DNA of 32,000 nucleotides from Alkanindiges sp. WGS2144 (GCF_043950625.1 NZ_CP171007.1); one strand, 5' to 3'. Positions 8,316 through 19,471 are shown, numbered from the stretch's first letter. The notes: a model not told the origin generated them from the sequence alone. Made by a program: numbers and translations.

Positions 8316-11300
8316 ATGCGGCTAATGAGTTTAAAACTGTCGGGCTTTAAGTCCTTTGTCGACAGTACCACACTGGTGTTTCCTGCTAGCCGTACCGCCG
8401 TGGTTGGCCCCAATGGCTGTGGAAAATCCAATGTGATTGATGCCATTCGCTGGGTAATGGGTGAGTCATCTGCACGCCAGTTACGTGGCGGCGCCATGAC
8501 CGATGTAATTTTTGCCGGAACGTCTCAGCGTAAACCAGTGGGACAGGCCAGTGTTGAGCTACGCTTTGAAAACACGCAGGGCAAGCTGGGTGGGGAATAC
8601 AACGCCTACACCGAGCTATCAGTACGCCGGCAGGTGAGCCGGGATGGCCGTTCGGAATACTTTTTAAATGGCACCCGATGTCGTCGCCGTGACATTACCG
8701 ATATTTTTCTGGGTACCGGGCTTGGGCCGCGTTCTTATGCCATTATTGAGCAGGGCATGATTAACCGGCTGGTGGATGCCAAACCGGACGAAATGCGGGT
8801 ATTTATTGAAGAGGCCGCTGGTGTGTCGCGTTATCAGGCACGCCGCCGCGAGACCATGCAGCATCTGGAGCATACCCGGCAAAACCTGAGCCGTTTGCAG
8901 GATATAGAGGATGAGCTACAAAGCCAGATGCGCAGCCTCAAGCGGCAAAGTCAGGCAGCCATTAAATATCATGAGCTGGAACAGCAGCAGCTTGAGCTTA
9001 ATGCGTTTATCTGGTCGGCGCATTATATACAGGCCGAACAAGCCCAGCAGCAACATACCCAGCAACTGACCCAACTTGGTGAGCAATACCGGGAACTACG
9101 CAGCGCACGCAATCAGGCTGAAGCAGACTGGCAGGCCGGTAGTCAACTGTTATCAACACTGTTGGGCAAGGCTGAGCCAATCCAGCAAACCTGGCAACAG
9201 GCTGAGCGTGAACTAAGCCAGCTTGAGGCACAAATTCAACAATACCAGCAGGAGCAGCGACAGCGTGAACAGCAGGCGCAGCAATGGCAGTATAATTTGC
9301 AGGCTATTAGCGCACAGGTGGTCGAGGATCAGCAGCAGCTTAGGCAATTAAGCCAGTCTATCAGCAATAATCAGCAGGAACAGCAACAGGCTGAACAGGC
9401 GCTAACACAGGCTGCGCAGCATTTAGCCCAGGTTGAAGAACAGCATCAGCACCTAGAACAAAGCGGGCAGAAAACCCGGCAGCAATATCAGCACCATCAG
9501 CAAAACCAGCAACGCTTGCAGCAGCATCTTGATGGCGCTGCCCGGTCACAGTTAAGGCTGGAGCAGCAACTCCAGCAAGCTACCGGGCAACTGGAACGCT
9601 TACAGGATCAGCAGCAACAAGAAGAGCTGGATGATTTAAACCTTGAGCATAGTGAGCTGTTGCTGGAAAAAACCGGGCTGGAACAACAGCAAACCCGGCA
9701 ACAACAGCAGAGCCAGCAAACCCGGCAGGCTGTAGATGAGCTCAATACCAAATTACAGCACTTGCAACATGAGCGGCAACAGTATCAGTCTGAGCGAAAA
9801 GCCCTGCAAAAACTGCAAAACCCGGCCTCTGCCTCAGCCCGTTCCCATGCCTCTTCTATTCAATTGCTACAACAGCTGAGCCTTCATCCTTTAGCCCAGC
9901 CGCATGTCCAGTTGCTGGAGAAATTTCTGGCCGACTGGCTAAGTGCAGAATTATACGATGATTTTACGCAGGCTGGCCTGAATGAACAGCCTGCCTCAGC
10001 GCGTGGTTATATGCAGGTGCGGACGGAAATCACGGACAGCCATTCTGCGTGTTTGCAGCATCCTGACGTTACTGCCTTAAATCAATGGATTAAAGCACCA
10101 TTGCTCAGTTGCTGGTCTGCGGTAGGGATTGTAGGCGGGCATGCCCAGGCGCTGGCTTTACAGAAAAAATTAAATGCACAGCAGAGTTTGCTGAGCATGG
10201 ATGGTTTCTGGCTGGGCAAAAACTGGCAAATCAACTTGAATATTGATGAGCAAGCGGCACGGCAGCAGGGTTTATTACAGCAGCAATTGCGCCAGCAGGA
10301 GCTTGAGCAGTTACTGACCCAGCTCGATCACTATATTGCACCTCTGGAGCAGCAACAACAGGCGCTCTCTGTACAGCAGGCGTCACAACAAGCCAGTCTG
10401 AAAATATTGGCACAGCGCTTAAGCCAGACCAGCCAGCAATTACAGCAACTGGAACTAAAACAGGCTCGTCTGGAAAGTCACTTGCAGGTTGTGGTACAGC
10501 AAGTTGAGCAACTCAAACGACAACAGCTTGAATTGCAGCAAAACCTGCAGGACGATCAGGAGCAGGTCGCAGAGTGGCAAATGGAGCTGGCCGAGGCAAC
10601 CATGCGCTTAGACCAGCTAAGCCCCCAGTTACAAGCCCAGCAACAACAACAGGCACAGTTGCAGCAACAACTTCAGGAAGCGCGGCTCAGCCATCAGCTG
10701 AAGCGACAGCACTTGCAACAACTACAGGCCAGTCAGCACAACCTGAATGTGCAGCTACAGGCCGCGCAACAGGCACTCCTGCGGGCAGAGCCACAGCAGC
10801 AACAGATACAGCAGCAGCTTGAGCAGCTAAAACTCATCGCAGTACAGGCAGATGAGCATTACCCGGTGCAGCTGGAGCGGCTGGTACATTGTCAGGAACA
10901 GGCAAAGCTTGCACATAGCAACTGGAGCGAATGGCAACAGCAACTGGAATTTCAGCAACAGGCACAGCAGCGCTTAAGCCATGAGCGGCAGCAAGGTCAA
11001 ACCCGTGAAGATCAATTGCGTGATCAGCTGGAACAAACCCGCCTGCACTGGCAGGACTGTAAAAATAAAATGGAGCAGGCACGTGAACAACTGGATAGCT
11101 TCAAAGCTGAGCTGATACAGGTTGATGTGAATCAGCTGGCAGACTGGCAGCAGCAACTTGAAAAAGTCCAGCATCAAATACAAAAACTGGGACATTTAAA
11201 CCTGGCAGCCCCGGAAGCCCTGCAAGAAGTAAATCAGCGCCATGCAGCGCTTGAGCATCAAATTCAGGATTTACAGCAAACCATTGATCAGCTTGAACAG

Positions 11301-11801
11301 GCCATGAAAAGTATTGATCAGGAAACCCGTACTTTGTTTATGAGTACCTTTGATCAGGTAAATACCGAACTGAAAGTATTGTTTCCCAAGGTATTTGGTG
11401 GTGGTGAGGCCAGTTTAAGTCTGGAGGATGACTGGCAGTCCGGAGTAAAACTGATGGCGCGGCCACCGGGTAAGCGCAATAGTAGTCTGGCTTTATTGTC
11501 TGGTGGTGAAAAAGCCTTGACGGCACTGGCTCTGGTATTTGCTATTTTCAGGTTAAACCCGGCACCGTTTTGTGTGCTGGATGAGGTAGATGCCCCGCTG
11601 GACGATGCTAACGTGCAACGTTTTTGTCATTTGGTAAAAGAGCTATCCCAACAGGTGCAATTCATTTACATTACCCATAATAAACTTGCCATGACCATGG
11701 CTACCGATTTATTGGGAGTAACCATGCCAGAACCTGGTGCGTCACGGTTGGTGGCGGTAAATATTGAGCAGGCTGCAAAATTTAGTGCAACTTCGGAGTA
11801 G
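8316..11801 (+). CDS. smc: Chromosome partition protein SMC
   Basis: Walker A GPNGCGKSN near the N-terminus. The C-terminal signature LSGGEKALTALALVFAIF and Walker B FCVLDEVDAPLDDAN are present. A long coiled coil is interrupted by a hinge-like non-coil segment at about aa 505-650. Confidence 0.95.
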   Translation: MRLMSLKLSGFKSFVDSTTLVFPASRTAVVGPNGCGKSNVIDAIRWVMGESSARQLRGGAMTDVIFAGTSQRKPVGQASVELRFENTQGKLGGEYNAYTELSVRRQVSRDGRSEYFLNGTRCRRRDITDIFLGTGLGPRSYAIIEQGMINRLVDAKPDEMRVFIEEAAGVSRYQARRRETMQHLEHTRQNLSRLQDIEDELQSQMRSLKRQSQAAIKYHELEQQQLELNAFIWSAHYIQAEQAQQQHTQQLTQLGEQYRELRSARNQAEADWQAGSQLLSTLLGKAEPIQQTWQQAERELSQLEAQIQQYQQEQRQREQQAQQWQYNLQAISAQVVEDQQQLRQLSQSISNNQQEQQQAEQALTQAAQHLAQVEEQHQHLEQSGQKTRQQYQHHQQNQQRLQQHLDGAARSQLRLEQQLQQATGQLERLQDQQQQEELDDLNLEHSELLLEKTGLEQQQTRQQQQSQQTRQAVDELNTKLQHLQHERQQYQSERKALQKLQNPASASARSHASSIQLLQQLSLHPLAQPHVQLLEKFLADWLSAELYDDFTQAGLNEQPASARGYMQVRTEITDSHSACLQHPDVTALNQWIKAPLLSCWSAVGIVGGHAQALALQKKLNAQQSLLSMDGFWLGKNWQINLNIDEQAARQQGLLQQQLRQQELEQLLTQLDHYIAPLEQQQQALSVQQASQQASLKILAQRLSQTSQQLQQLELKQARLESHLQVVVQQVEQLKRQQLELQQNLQDDQEQVAEWQMELAEATMRLDQLSPQLQAQQQQQAQLQQQLQEARLSHQLKRQHLQQLQASQHNLNVQLQAAQQALLRAEPQQQQIQQQLEQLKLIAVQADEHYPVQLERLVHCQEQAKLAHSNWSEWQQQLEFQQQAQQRLSHERQQGQTREDQLRDQLEQTRLHWQDCKNKMEQAREQLDSFKAELIQVDVNQLADWQQQLEKVQHQIQKLGHLNLAAPEALQEVNQRHAALEHQIQDLQQTIDQLEQAMKSIDQETRTLFMSTFDQVNTELKVLFPKVFGGGEASLSLEDDWQSGVKLMARPPGKRNSSLALLSGGEKALTALALVFAIFRLNPAPFCVLDEVDAPLDDANVQRFCHLVKELSQQVQFIYITHNKLAMTMATDLLGVTMPEPGASRLVAVNIEQAAKFSATSE

Positions 11802-11806
11802 GACTC

Positions 11807-12937
11807 ATGGATTTTTTAACCATTATTGGTTATCTCATTGCTGCGCTGGCCATCGCAACTGGCTTGTACTTGATGCTTAGAAAAAATGTAGACAATGATG
11901 ACAACATTAAAAATACAGAAGACGCGGCAGCAGCCACTGATTTAACTGTTGAGGATGCAGGGCGCATTCCAGTGGTACCACGTCATGCCCGTACCCAGCT
12001 TGAGTCAGGAGAAAACGTAACCGCTCCTGGTCAGTCTCCAACGCATGACACATCGACCGCGCCCACAGCACCTGAGGATGATATTCTGGAACAAACTGCC
12101 AGTATTCGGCCCGCTGCTGCCCGTGAACAGGTGGTAGATGATACTATTACCGGGGCGAATAGTGAGCGCATACTGGAGCAACAGGCTACTCATCTGGCAG
12201 AAAGTAGCAAGCCTGACCATGAGCTGGGCAATGATCCGCTGGATCAGGCGCTGGCACAGCTGGAAGCAGCGACCGCACCATCTGAGGAGCAGGATGATAC
12301 CTTCATCAGTGGTGGTGAGGAGTCCACAGCAGCACAGCCAGAAAATACTTTGGAACGTGAGCAGTCAACTGATAACAATAAGGCCGAGGGCGACCCGGTA
12401 TTAAAAGCAGCGGCAGTAGAAACCGCAGCAGTAGAAGAGTGGCAGGGCGAGAGCGCCTTGCTGGATGCGCACCTTGAAGATCAGGAGCGCCGTGATGATG
12501 AAAGTGCGCTGGCACAGGCCGAGCACATTGTTGCTTTGTACGTGATGCCTGGCTCACCCCGGGCATTGTACGGTGAAAAAACTATCCACTTGCTCCGACA
12601 GTTTGGCCTGCGCTATGGTGAAATGGCGCTGTTCCACCGTTTTCAGGATTCTGATGGCACCGGCCCGCTGATGTTTAGCGTATTGCGCTATACCAGTGAA
12701 GGCCCATCCGGCTTTGATCTGGAAACCTTACCCAATGAGCAGGTAGAAGGTTTGGCATTTTTTCTGGCGCTGCCGAGTAAGCACGCTGTGGCTGGCTATG
12801 ACACCATGGTGAGTATTTCAACGTTACTGGCACGGGAAATCCACGGACAGGTATATGATGAGCACATGAATCAGCTGAGTCCGCAGCTACGTGAGCACTA
12901 TCGCCATTTTGTACTGGATTATCGTTCGCCGGCTTAA
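11807..12937 (+). CDS. zipA: Cell division protein ZipA
   Basis: An N-terminal TM helix (LTIIGYLIAALAIATGLYLML), a long acidic/Pro/Ala/Thr linker, and a conserved C-terminal FtsZ-binding domain (GLRYGEMALFHRF...GPLMFSVL...GLAFFLALP). It starts 5 nt after the smc stop. Confidence 0.9.
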   Translation: MDFLTIIGYLIAALAIATGLYLMLRKNVDNDDNIKNTEDAAAATDLTVEDAGRIPVVPRHARTQLESGENVTAPGQSPTHDTSTAPTAPEDDILEQTASIRPAAAREQVVDDTITGANSERILEQQATHLAESSKPDHELGNDPLDQALAQLEAATAPSEEQDDTFISGGEESTAAQPENTLEREQSTDNNKAEGDPVLKAAAVETAAVEEWQGESALLDAHLEDQERRDDESALAQAEHIVALYVMPGSPRALYGEKTIHLLRQFGLRYGEMALFHRFQDSDGTGPLMFSVLRYTSEGPSGFDLETLPNEQVEGLAFFLALPSKHAVAGYDTMVSISTLLAREIHGQVYDEHMNQLSPQLREHYRHFVLDYRSPA

Positions 12938-15079
<2,142 letters not shown>

Positions 15080-15433
15080 TCGCCGTACAGCTAAGGTTTA
15101 AGCTCTATTTTTGCTTACAAAACAAATACATTTTATGCGGATTTAGATATTAACTTCATATTTTAAATATTATGGATAAACTAATGAAAGCCTTGAATAA
15201 CAGGACTTTCATGCTTACAAAAAAGTCGGTTTAAGTTATAAAAACCTCGTGTATTAATATTGTAATTGACTATAATCTCGCCATCTAAAAAGCCCTTGCC
15301 GAACTGTGGGAATTGTTCATTTCTTCCTATCTGCCAGCAGGGGTTTTTCTATGGGCTCAGGCAGTGTCAGGCTTATAGGAGCTTAATTGCCAGACTAGCA
15401 AGATGACCGTTTTTTCGATGGTGACACGCGACA

Positions 15434-16636
15434 ATGTTATTTCCTAAAACTGCTACTCTTGATCAGGCTGCTCAACTGGGCGCCCAGCAATTGTCCACGC
15501 GTTTAAATTTCTTTGCACTGGGCTTTGGTACAGCAGCGTGGGCACCCCTTATTCCTTTTGCCCAGCAGCGACTGCATTTAAACCATGCTGACTTCGGCCT
15601 GTTGTTGCTGTGTGGCGGGGTTGGCTCTATGGTGGCGATGCCTGCTACTGGTGCCCTGGTACAGCGAGTGGGCTGCCGGGTACTCATTGGTTTTGCCCTG
15701 CTGCTATTACTGGCGGTATTGCCAGGATTAACTATCTGGAGCACCTCTTTAATGATGGCGGTTGCCCTGTTTTTGTTCGGGGTTGCAGCAGGCAGTTTTG
15801 GGGTAAGTGTTAACCTTCAGGCCGTGGTGGTAGAAAAAAATAGCCTGCGGGCACTCATGTCCGGTTTTCACGGTATGGCGAGCCTTGGTGGTCTAATAGG
15901 CGTTATGCTGGTTACTGGATTACTGGCTGCCGGGGTATCACCGCTGGTCAGTGCGGTGGTTATCAGTTTAGTGTTGCTGGCTATTGCATTAATTGCTTTG
16001 CCTGCCTGCCTGACCCATATTGAGCAGAGTCGTACTGAGCAGGAAGAACCAAACTCCGTAGCGCAGCAAATAACACACCGCAAAATACCAGATCCCATCA
16101 TTTTTATGATTGGCGCCATGTGCTTTATTGCCTTTTTGTCTGAAGGTGCAGCGGCTGACTGGAGTGGTATTTATCTCACCTCCAAATATCAGGTGAGTGC
16201 GACTTATGCGGGTCTGGCCTATGTTTTTTTTGCCATTACCATGACGTTAGGGCGTTTTTCTGGTCGTCACCTGTTAAAAGCGTTTGGTGAAAAAAACATT
16301 GTGAGCTATAGCGCTGCTTGCGCTGCAATGGGGCTGGTTGTGGTGGTTAGTGCGCCGCACTGGCTGGTGGTGTTGCTAGGTTATGCACTGGTAGGCTTTG
16401 GTTGCTCCAATATCGTGCCGGTTATGTTTTCCCGGGTTGGCCGTCAAAACCTGATGCCCAAAGCAGCTGCGTTATCCTGTGTATCAACCATGGCTTATAC
16501 GGGTTCGCTGACTGGCCCGGCACTCATTGGTTTTGTGGGGCAGGCCACTAGCCTGACGCTGGTATTTGCCTTTATTGCTGCCATGTTATTGCTAATTGCA
16601 TTTTTTAATCAATTTACCCGGGTTGATCCAGCATAG
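15434..16636 (+). CDS. MFS-type transporter (about 12 TM), substrate unknown
   Basis: 400 aa, hydrophobic throughout, with two six-helix halves separated by a charged loop (HIEQSRTEQEEPNSVAQQITHRK). The overall pattern is MFS-like. I infer no specific substrate. Confidence 0.8.
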   Translation: MLFPKTATLDQAAQLGAQQLSTRLNFFALGFGTAAWAPLIPFAQQRLHLNHADFGLLLLCGGVGSMVAMPATGALVQRVGCRVLIGFALLLLLAVLPGLTIWSTSLMMAVALFLFGVAAGSFGVSVNLQAVVVEKNSLRALMSGFHGMASLGGLIGVMLVTGLLAAGVSPLVSAVVISLVLLAIALIALPACLTHIEQSRTEQEEPNSVAQQITHRKIPDPIIFMIGAMCFIAFLSEGAAADWSGIYLTSKYQVSATYAGLAYVFFAITMTLGRFSGRHLLKAFGEKNIVSYSAACAAMGLVVVVSAPHWLVVLLGYALVGFGCSNIVPVMFSRVGRQNLMPKAAALSCVSTMAYTGSLTGPALIGFVGQATSLTLVFAFIAAMLLLIAFFNQFTRVDPA

Positions 16637-16644
16637 AAGCTTCC

Positions 16645-16678
16645 TGCCCAGTTCTGCATTTTAATCAGCAACTGGGCA
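16645..16678. terminator. Hairpin between convergent MFS gene and otsA (no U-tract)
   Basis: TGCCCAGTT (16645..16653) pairs with AACTGGGCA (16670..16678), giving a 9-bp stem and a 16-nt loop. There is no T-run on either strand. Confidence 0.4.
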
Positions 16679-16701
16679 AAATTTATTGCAATGCCAACGC
16701 A

Positions 16702-18141
16702 CTATAATAATTGATAGCTTGGATTGACTGCACGCTCCGGGTTTTTAAAGTTTTCCAGTGGATAGTTTTTGCGTAAGTCACTTAAAAACTGATTGCGCCA
16801 GTCATTAATATCAAACGAAGTCAAGCCTTGCATTAACTGCAAATAGCGCATAATTCGTTCAGCGCGGGGCATATCAATGGCCTGTTTCAAGGCAGAGATC
16901 ATGGCTTGCTGATCATGCGGGTCAACAATAATAGCCTGCTGCATTTGCTCGGCAGCCCCTGCATATTTGGACAAAATTAGTACCCCAGGGTTTTCCGGAT
17001 CCTGCGCAGCAATATATTCCTTGGCGACCAGGTTCATGCCATCACGTAGAGAACTAATCCAGCAAATATCAGTTTGCCGGTAGAGTCCCATCAAGGCTTC
17101 ATGCTCCACGGTCTGGTGGGTACAATCGATGGGCAACCAGTCATCTTGCCCCAAAGTCCGGTTAATATGGTCTACGGTTTCATTCACCTGTTTATAAAGT
17201 TTCTGGTAGGCGCGAATATCCATCCGGCATGGGCAGGCAATTTGCAGCTCAGTAACCCGTTTTGTATATTGAGGATACTGCTGTAAAAAACCGGCAAAGG
17301 CATTAAAGCGCTCCAGCAAGCCTTTTGAGTAATCAATACGATCCACACCAATAATGGTTTTTTGCTGCTCTAGAGAGTCCAGGTCAAACACGTCCTGCTT
17401 TTCCCTAGCATGCTGTCTGGCAACCTGCTGAATATGCTCCGGGTTAATACCGATTGGATAGCATTTAATAGTGGTAATGCGCTGCTGATAGCTCAGCAAA
17501 TACTGCTGTATTTTTTGCGCCTGTAACAGGGTAGTACATGCCTGCATACACAGGTGTTGATCATGTTCAGTTTGTAGACCCACCAAGTCATACTGGCATA
17601 AATCCTGTAGCAGGGTAATTGCGGTAGGGATTTGCTTTAAAATAGACAGTCGCGCAAAGGGAATATGCAGAAAAAAACCGATCTTGTTGCGCATACCCAG
17701 CTGTCGGCAATAACGTGCCACACTCAAGAAATGATAATCATGCACCCAGATCACATCATCTTCATGCGTAATCTGCTTTAACTGGGCCGCAAACAGGGCA
17801 TTTACATCCTGATAAGTTTCAAACTCGGCACTGTCATATTCAATCAGATCAGCCCGCTCATGCAGTGCTGGCCATAAGGTATTATTGGCAAAGCCACAAT
17901 AATATTGATCGTACTGTTTCTGGCTCAGTGGACAGGTCAGATAGTCAATATTGGCGTGTTTTAACAGACTAAATGCCGAACCAGAATGATCATTATGCCC
18001 GGTAATATCGCCATTCCAGCCTAACCAGATACCGCCGGTCTCAGCCAGCGCATCCTGTAAGGCAACAGCCAGGCCACCGGCTACTGGTTTATCCGGGTTG
18101 GGCAAACTCACCCGATTGGATAACACAATTAATTTAGACAT
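16702..18141 (-). CDS. otsA: Trehalose-6-phosphate synthase OtsA (GT20)
   Basis: MSKLIVLSNRVSLP...GGLAVAL...NNTLWPALHER...VWVHDYHF...GVDRIDYSKG matches OtsA. The ATG at 18141 overlaps the otsB stop (ATGTCTAA). The ORF-track start at 18186 adds 15 non-conserved residues. Confidence 0.92.
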   Translation of the reverse strand: MSKLIVLSNRVSLPNPDKPVAGGLAVALQDALAETGGIWLGWNGDITGHNDHSGSAFSLLKHANIDYLTCPLSQKQYDQYYCGFANNTLWPALHERADLIEYDSAEFETYQDVNALFAAQLKQITHEDDVIWVHDYHFLSVARYCRQLGMRNKIGFFLHIPFARLSILKQIPTAITLLQDLCQYDLVGLQTEHDQHLCMQACTTLLQAQKIQQYLLSYQQRITTIKCYPIGINPEHIQQVARQHAREKQDVFDLDSLEQQKTIIGVDRIDYSKGLLERFNAFAGFLQQYPQYTKRVTELQIACPCRMDIRAYQKLYKQVNETVDHINRTLGQDDWLPIDCTHQTVEHEALMGLYRQTDICWISSLRDGMNLVAKEYIAAQDPENPGVLILSKYAGAAEQMQQAIIVDPHDQQAMISALKQAIDMPRAERIMRYLQLMQGLTSFDINDWRNQFLSDLRKNYPLENFKNPERAVNPSYQLL

Positions 18142-18970
18142 GCTTTTTCTCCATACTGTGTCTGCCGTCAGGCAAAACATCAGCATCCAAAATTTGTTGA
18201 AATTGCACTAGAAAATCTGCTACAGCTTGTGGATCCTGTAATCGGTATTGGGCAATAGTGTGGCCTTGACCCACTTTAATGCTGATCCCTCCCAAACGAT
18301 TCACTACTTCAAAACCTGTTTCATCGGTAACATCATCACCCACAAAAATAGCCCGCGTTTTGTTTAGCCCCAAAAGCTGTGTAATGGTTTCAATGGCATA
18401 ACCCTTGTCAGCCTGCCGGGGCAGAATCTCAATCACGCACTTGCCCTGATTGAGCTTCATGGCGGGATAGTCAGCCTGTAGCAGCTGCATGATTTCAATG
18501 GCTGTGGGGCCAAGCTGGGGGCACTGACGATAATGCAGGGCAAAAGAATGTAATTTGTCTTCCAGTAGCAGTTGAGGATAAGTAGCGCAGGCGGATTCAA
18601 GGCGCTGCTTAAGCTGTGTAAAGTTAATGTGCGTAAGATCAGGGGTGACCTGTCTGGATTCATCCAGCACGATCGTTAAACCATGCAAGCCTGCAATAGG
18701 CAATTGAATCTGCTCAAAAAGCTGTTTGGCTACCTGCACATGGCGTCCGGTAACCGCAATCACAGGTACGCCCAGATGAATAATCTGCTTAATGGCCTGT
18801 AAGGTAGTTTTGGGAATAAAGCTTTGCTCGGGATCATCACAAAAATCGGCCAGCGTGCCATCAATATCCAGAAACAGGCTATAATCCACTGCGGCCGGAT
18901 TTAATAGATTGATAATATCCTTTGGCTGCTGGATACAAATAGTTGATTCAGGCTGAACGAAACTGGACAT
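18134..18970 (-). CDS. otsB: Trehalose-6-phosphate phosphatase OtsB (HAD)
   Basis: HAD motif I (LFLDIDGTLADF), motif II (AVTGR) and the late motif FVGDDVTDE. An AAGGGGAG Shine-Dalgarno lies 5 nt before the ATG at 18970. Confidence 0.88.
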   Translation of the reverse strand: MSSFVQPESTICIQQPKDIINLLNPAAVDYSLFLDIDGTLADFCDDPEQSFIPKTTLQAIKQIIHLGVPVIAVTGRHVQVAKQLFEQIQLPIAGLHGLTIVLDESRQVTPDLTHINFTQLKQRLESACATYPQLLLEDKLHSFALHYRQCPQLGPTAIEIMQLLQADYPAMKLNQGKCVIEILPRQADKGYAIETITQLLGLNKTRAIFVGDDVTDETGFEVVNRLGGISIKVGQGHTIAQYRLQDPQAVADFLVQFQQILDADVLPDGRHSMEKKHV

Positions 18971-19361
18971 TGGGCTCCCCTTAGATGCTTTAGTTTTTAC
19001 CATCAAAACGGGGCGGTTGAGCCAAATTTATTATTTAAACCACATAATATTAAGTTTATTTACATAAAGAGTTCATATTTTCACATGTTTTTTGGAAGGT
19101 GGAAGAGAGCTATTGGGTTTATATTAATTATATTATTGATTTTAAATGGAAAAATTAAAAATATATTGTGAATTAAAACTTTATAAAATTTAATTTTATC
19201 ATTTGAAAATCAGTAGCAGCAAATCAAAACCAGAACCTGGACGCATACATATAAAAAATATTTATTTTTTAGTTAATTTTGGCCAGGGTTTAGCTAAAGA
19301 AGAAAGTTGCTAAAAATACAATGATAAAACAAGCTGTTAGCACTTAAAATTTAGTGCTAAT

Positions 19362-19400
19362 GCGTATGGTTATCATTTTTAGTTGTTAAAAATCATTAAC
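19362..19400. promoter_or_regulatory. Two adjacent Fur-box-like 19-mers upstream of the bfr-like gene
   Basis: The reverse complement of 19362..19380 is AAAAATGATAACCATACGC. The 19382..19400 sequence is GTTGTTAAAAATCATTAAC. By hand alignment each matches GATAATGATAATCATTATC at 13/19. The AT-rich background raises the chance-match rate. Confidence 0.3.
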
Positions 19401-19471
19401 TTACACAAAAATATACTATTAAAAACAGTTGGGGCGGGCAATAATGGTTTTAAGTATGAAGGAGAAATAAA

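Noticed and set aside
8970-11250. Possible tandem-repeat or microsatellite array (CAG repeats) in smc
   Set aside because: The Gln codons alternate CAG/CAA and are interspersed with other residues. No unit repeats exactly. This is compositional bias of a coiled coil, not a DNA repeat array or CRISPR.
8664-11526. Numerous 60-90-aa antisense or off-frame ORFs inside smc (e.g. 9007..9231, 10574..10822, 10834..11082)
   Set aside because: The CAG/CAA-rich coding sequence is depleted of stop codons in several frames. The products are Ala/Pro/Gly-rich nonsense, and they lie fully inside a well-supported SMC gene.
15123-15211. 89-bp segment between 11-bp direct repeats as a MITE with target-site duplication
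   Set aside because: The ends of the segment (CAAATACATT... and ...AGGACTTTCA) are not inverted repeats, and no second copy is visible in the window.
15280-15433. Possible riboswitch in the 150-nt leader of the MFS transporter
   Set aside because: I compared it by eye with the fluoride, guanidine and Mn riboswitch cores and found none of their conserved boxes. Only weak 5-bp stems are present.
19085-19171. 28-codon mini-ORF MFFGRWKRAIGFILIILLILNGKIKNIL in the AT-rich otsB-bfr spacer, superficially like a type I toxin peptide
   Set aside because: It has no properly spaced Shine-Dalgarno. AT-rich DNA automatically encodes I/L/F/K/N-rich peptides, and I identified no antisense-RNA partner or flanking structure. 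It is worth a look only if transcriptomics shows a discrete transcript.
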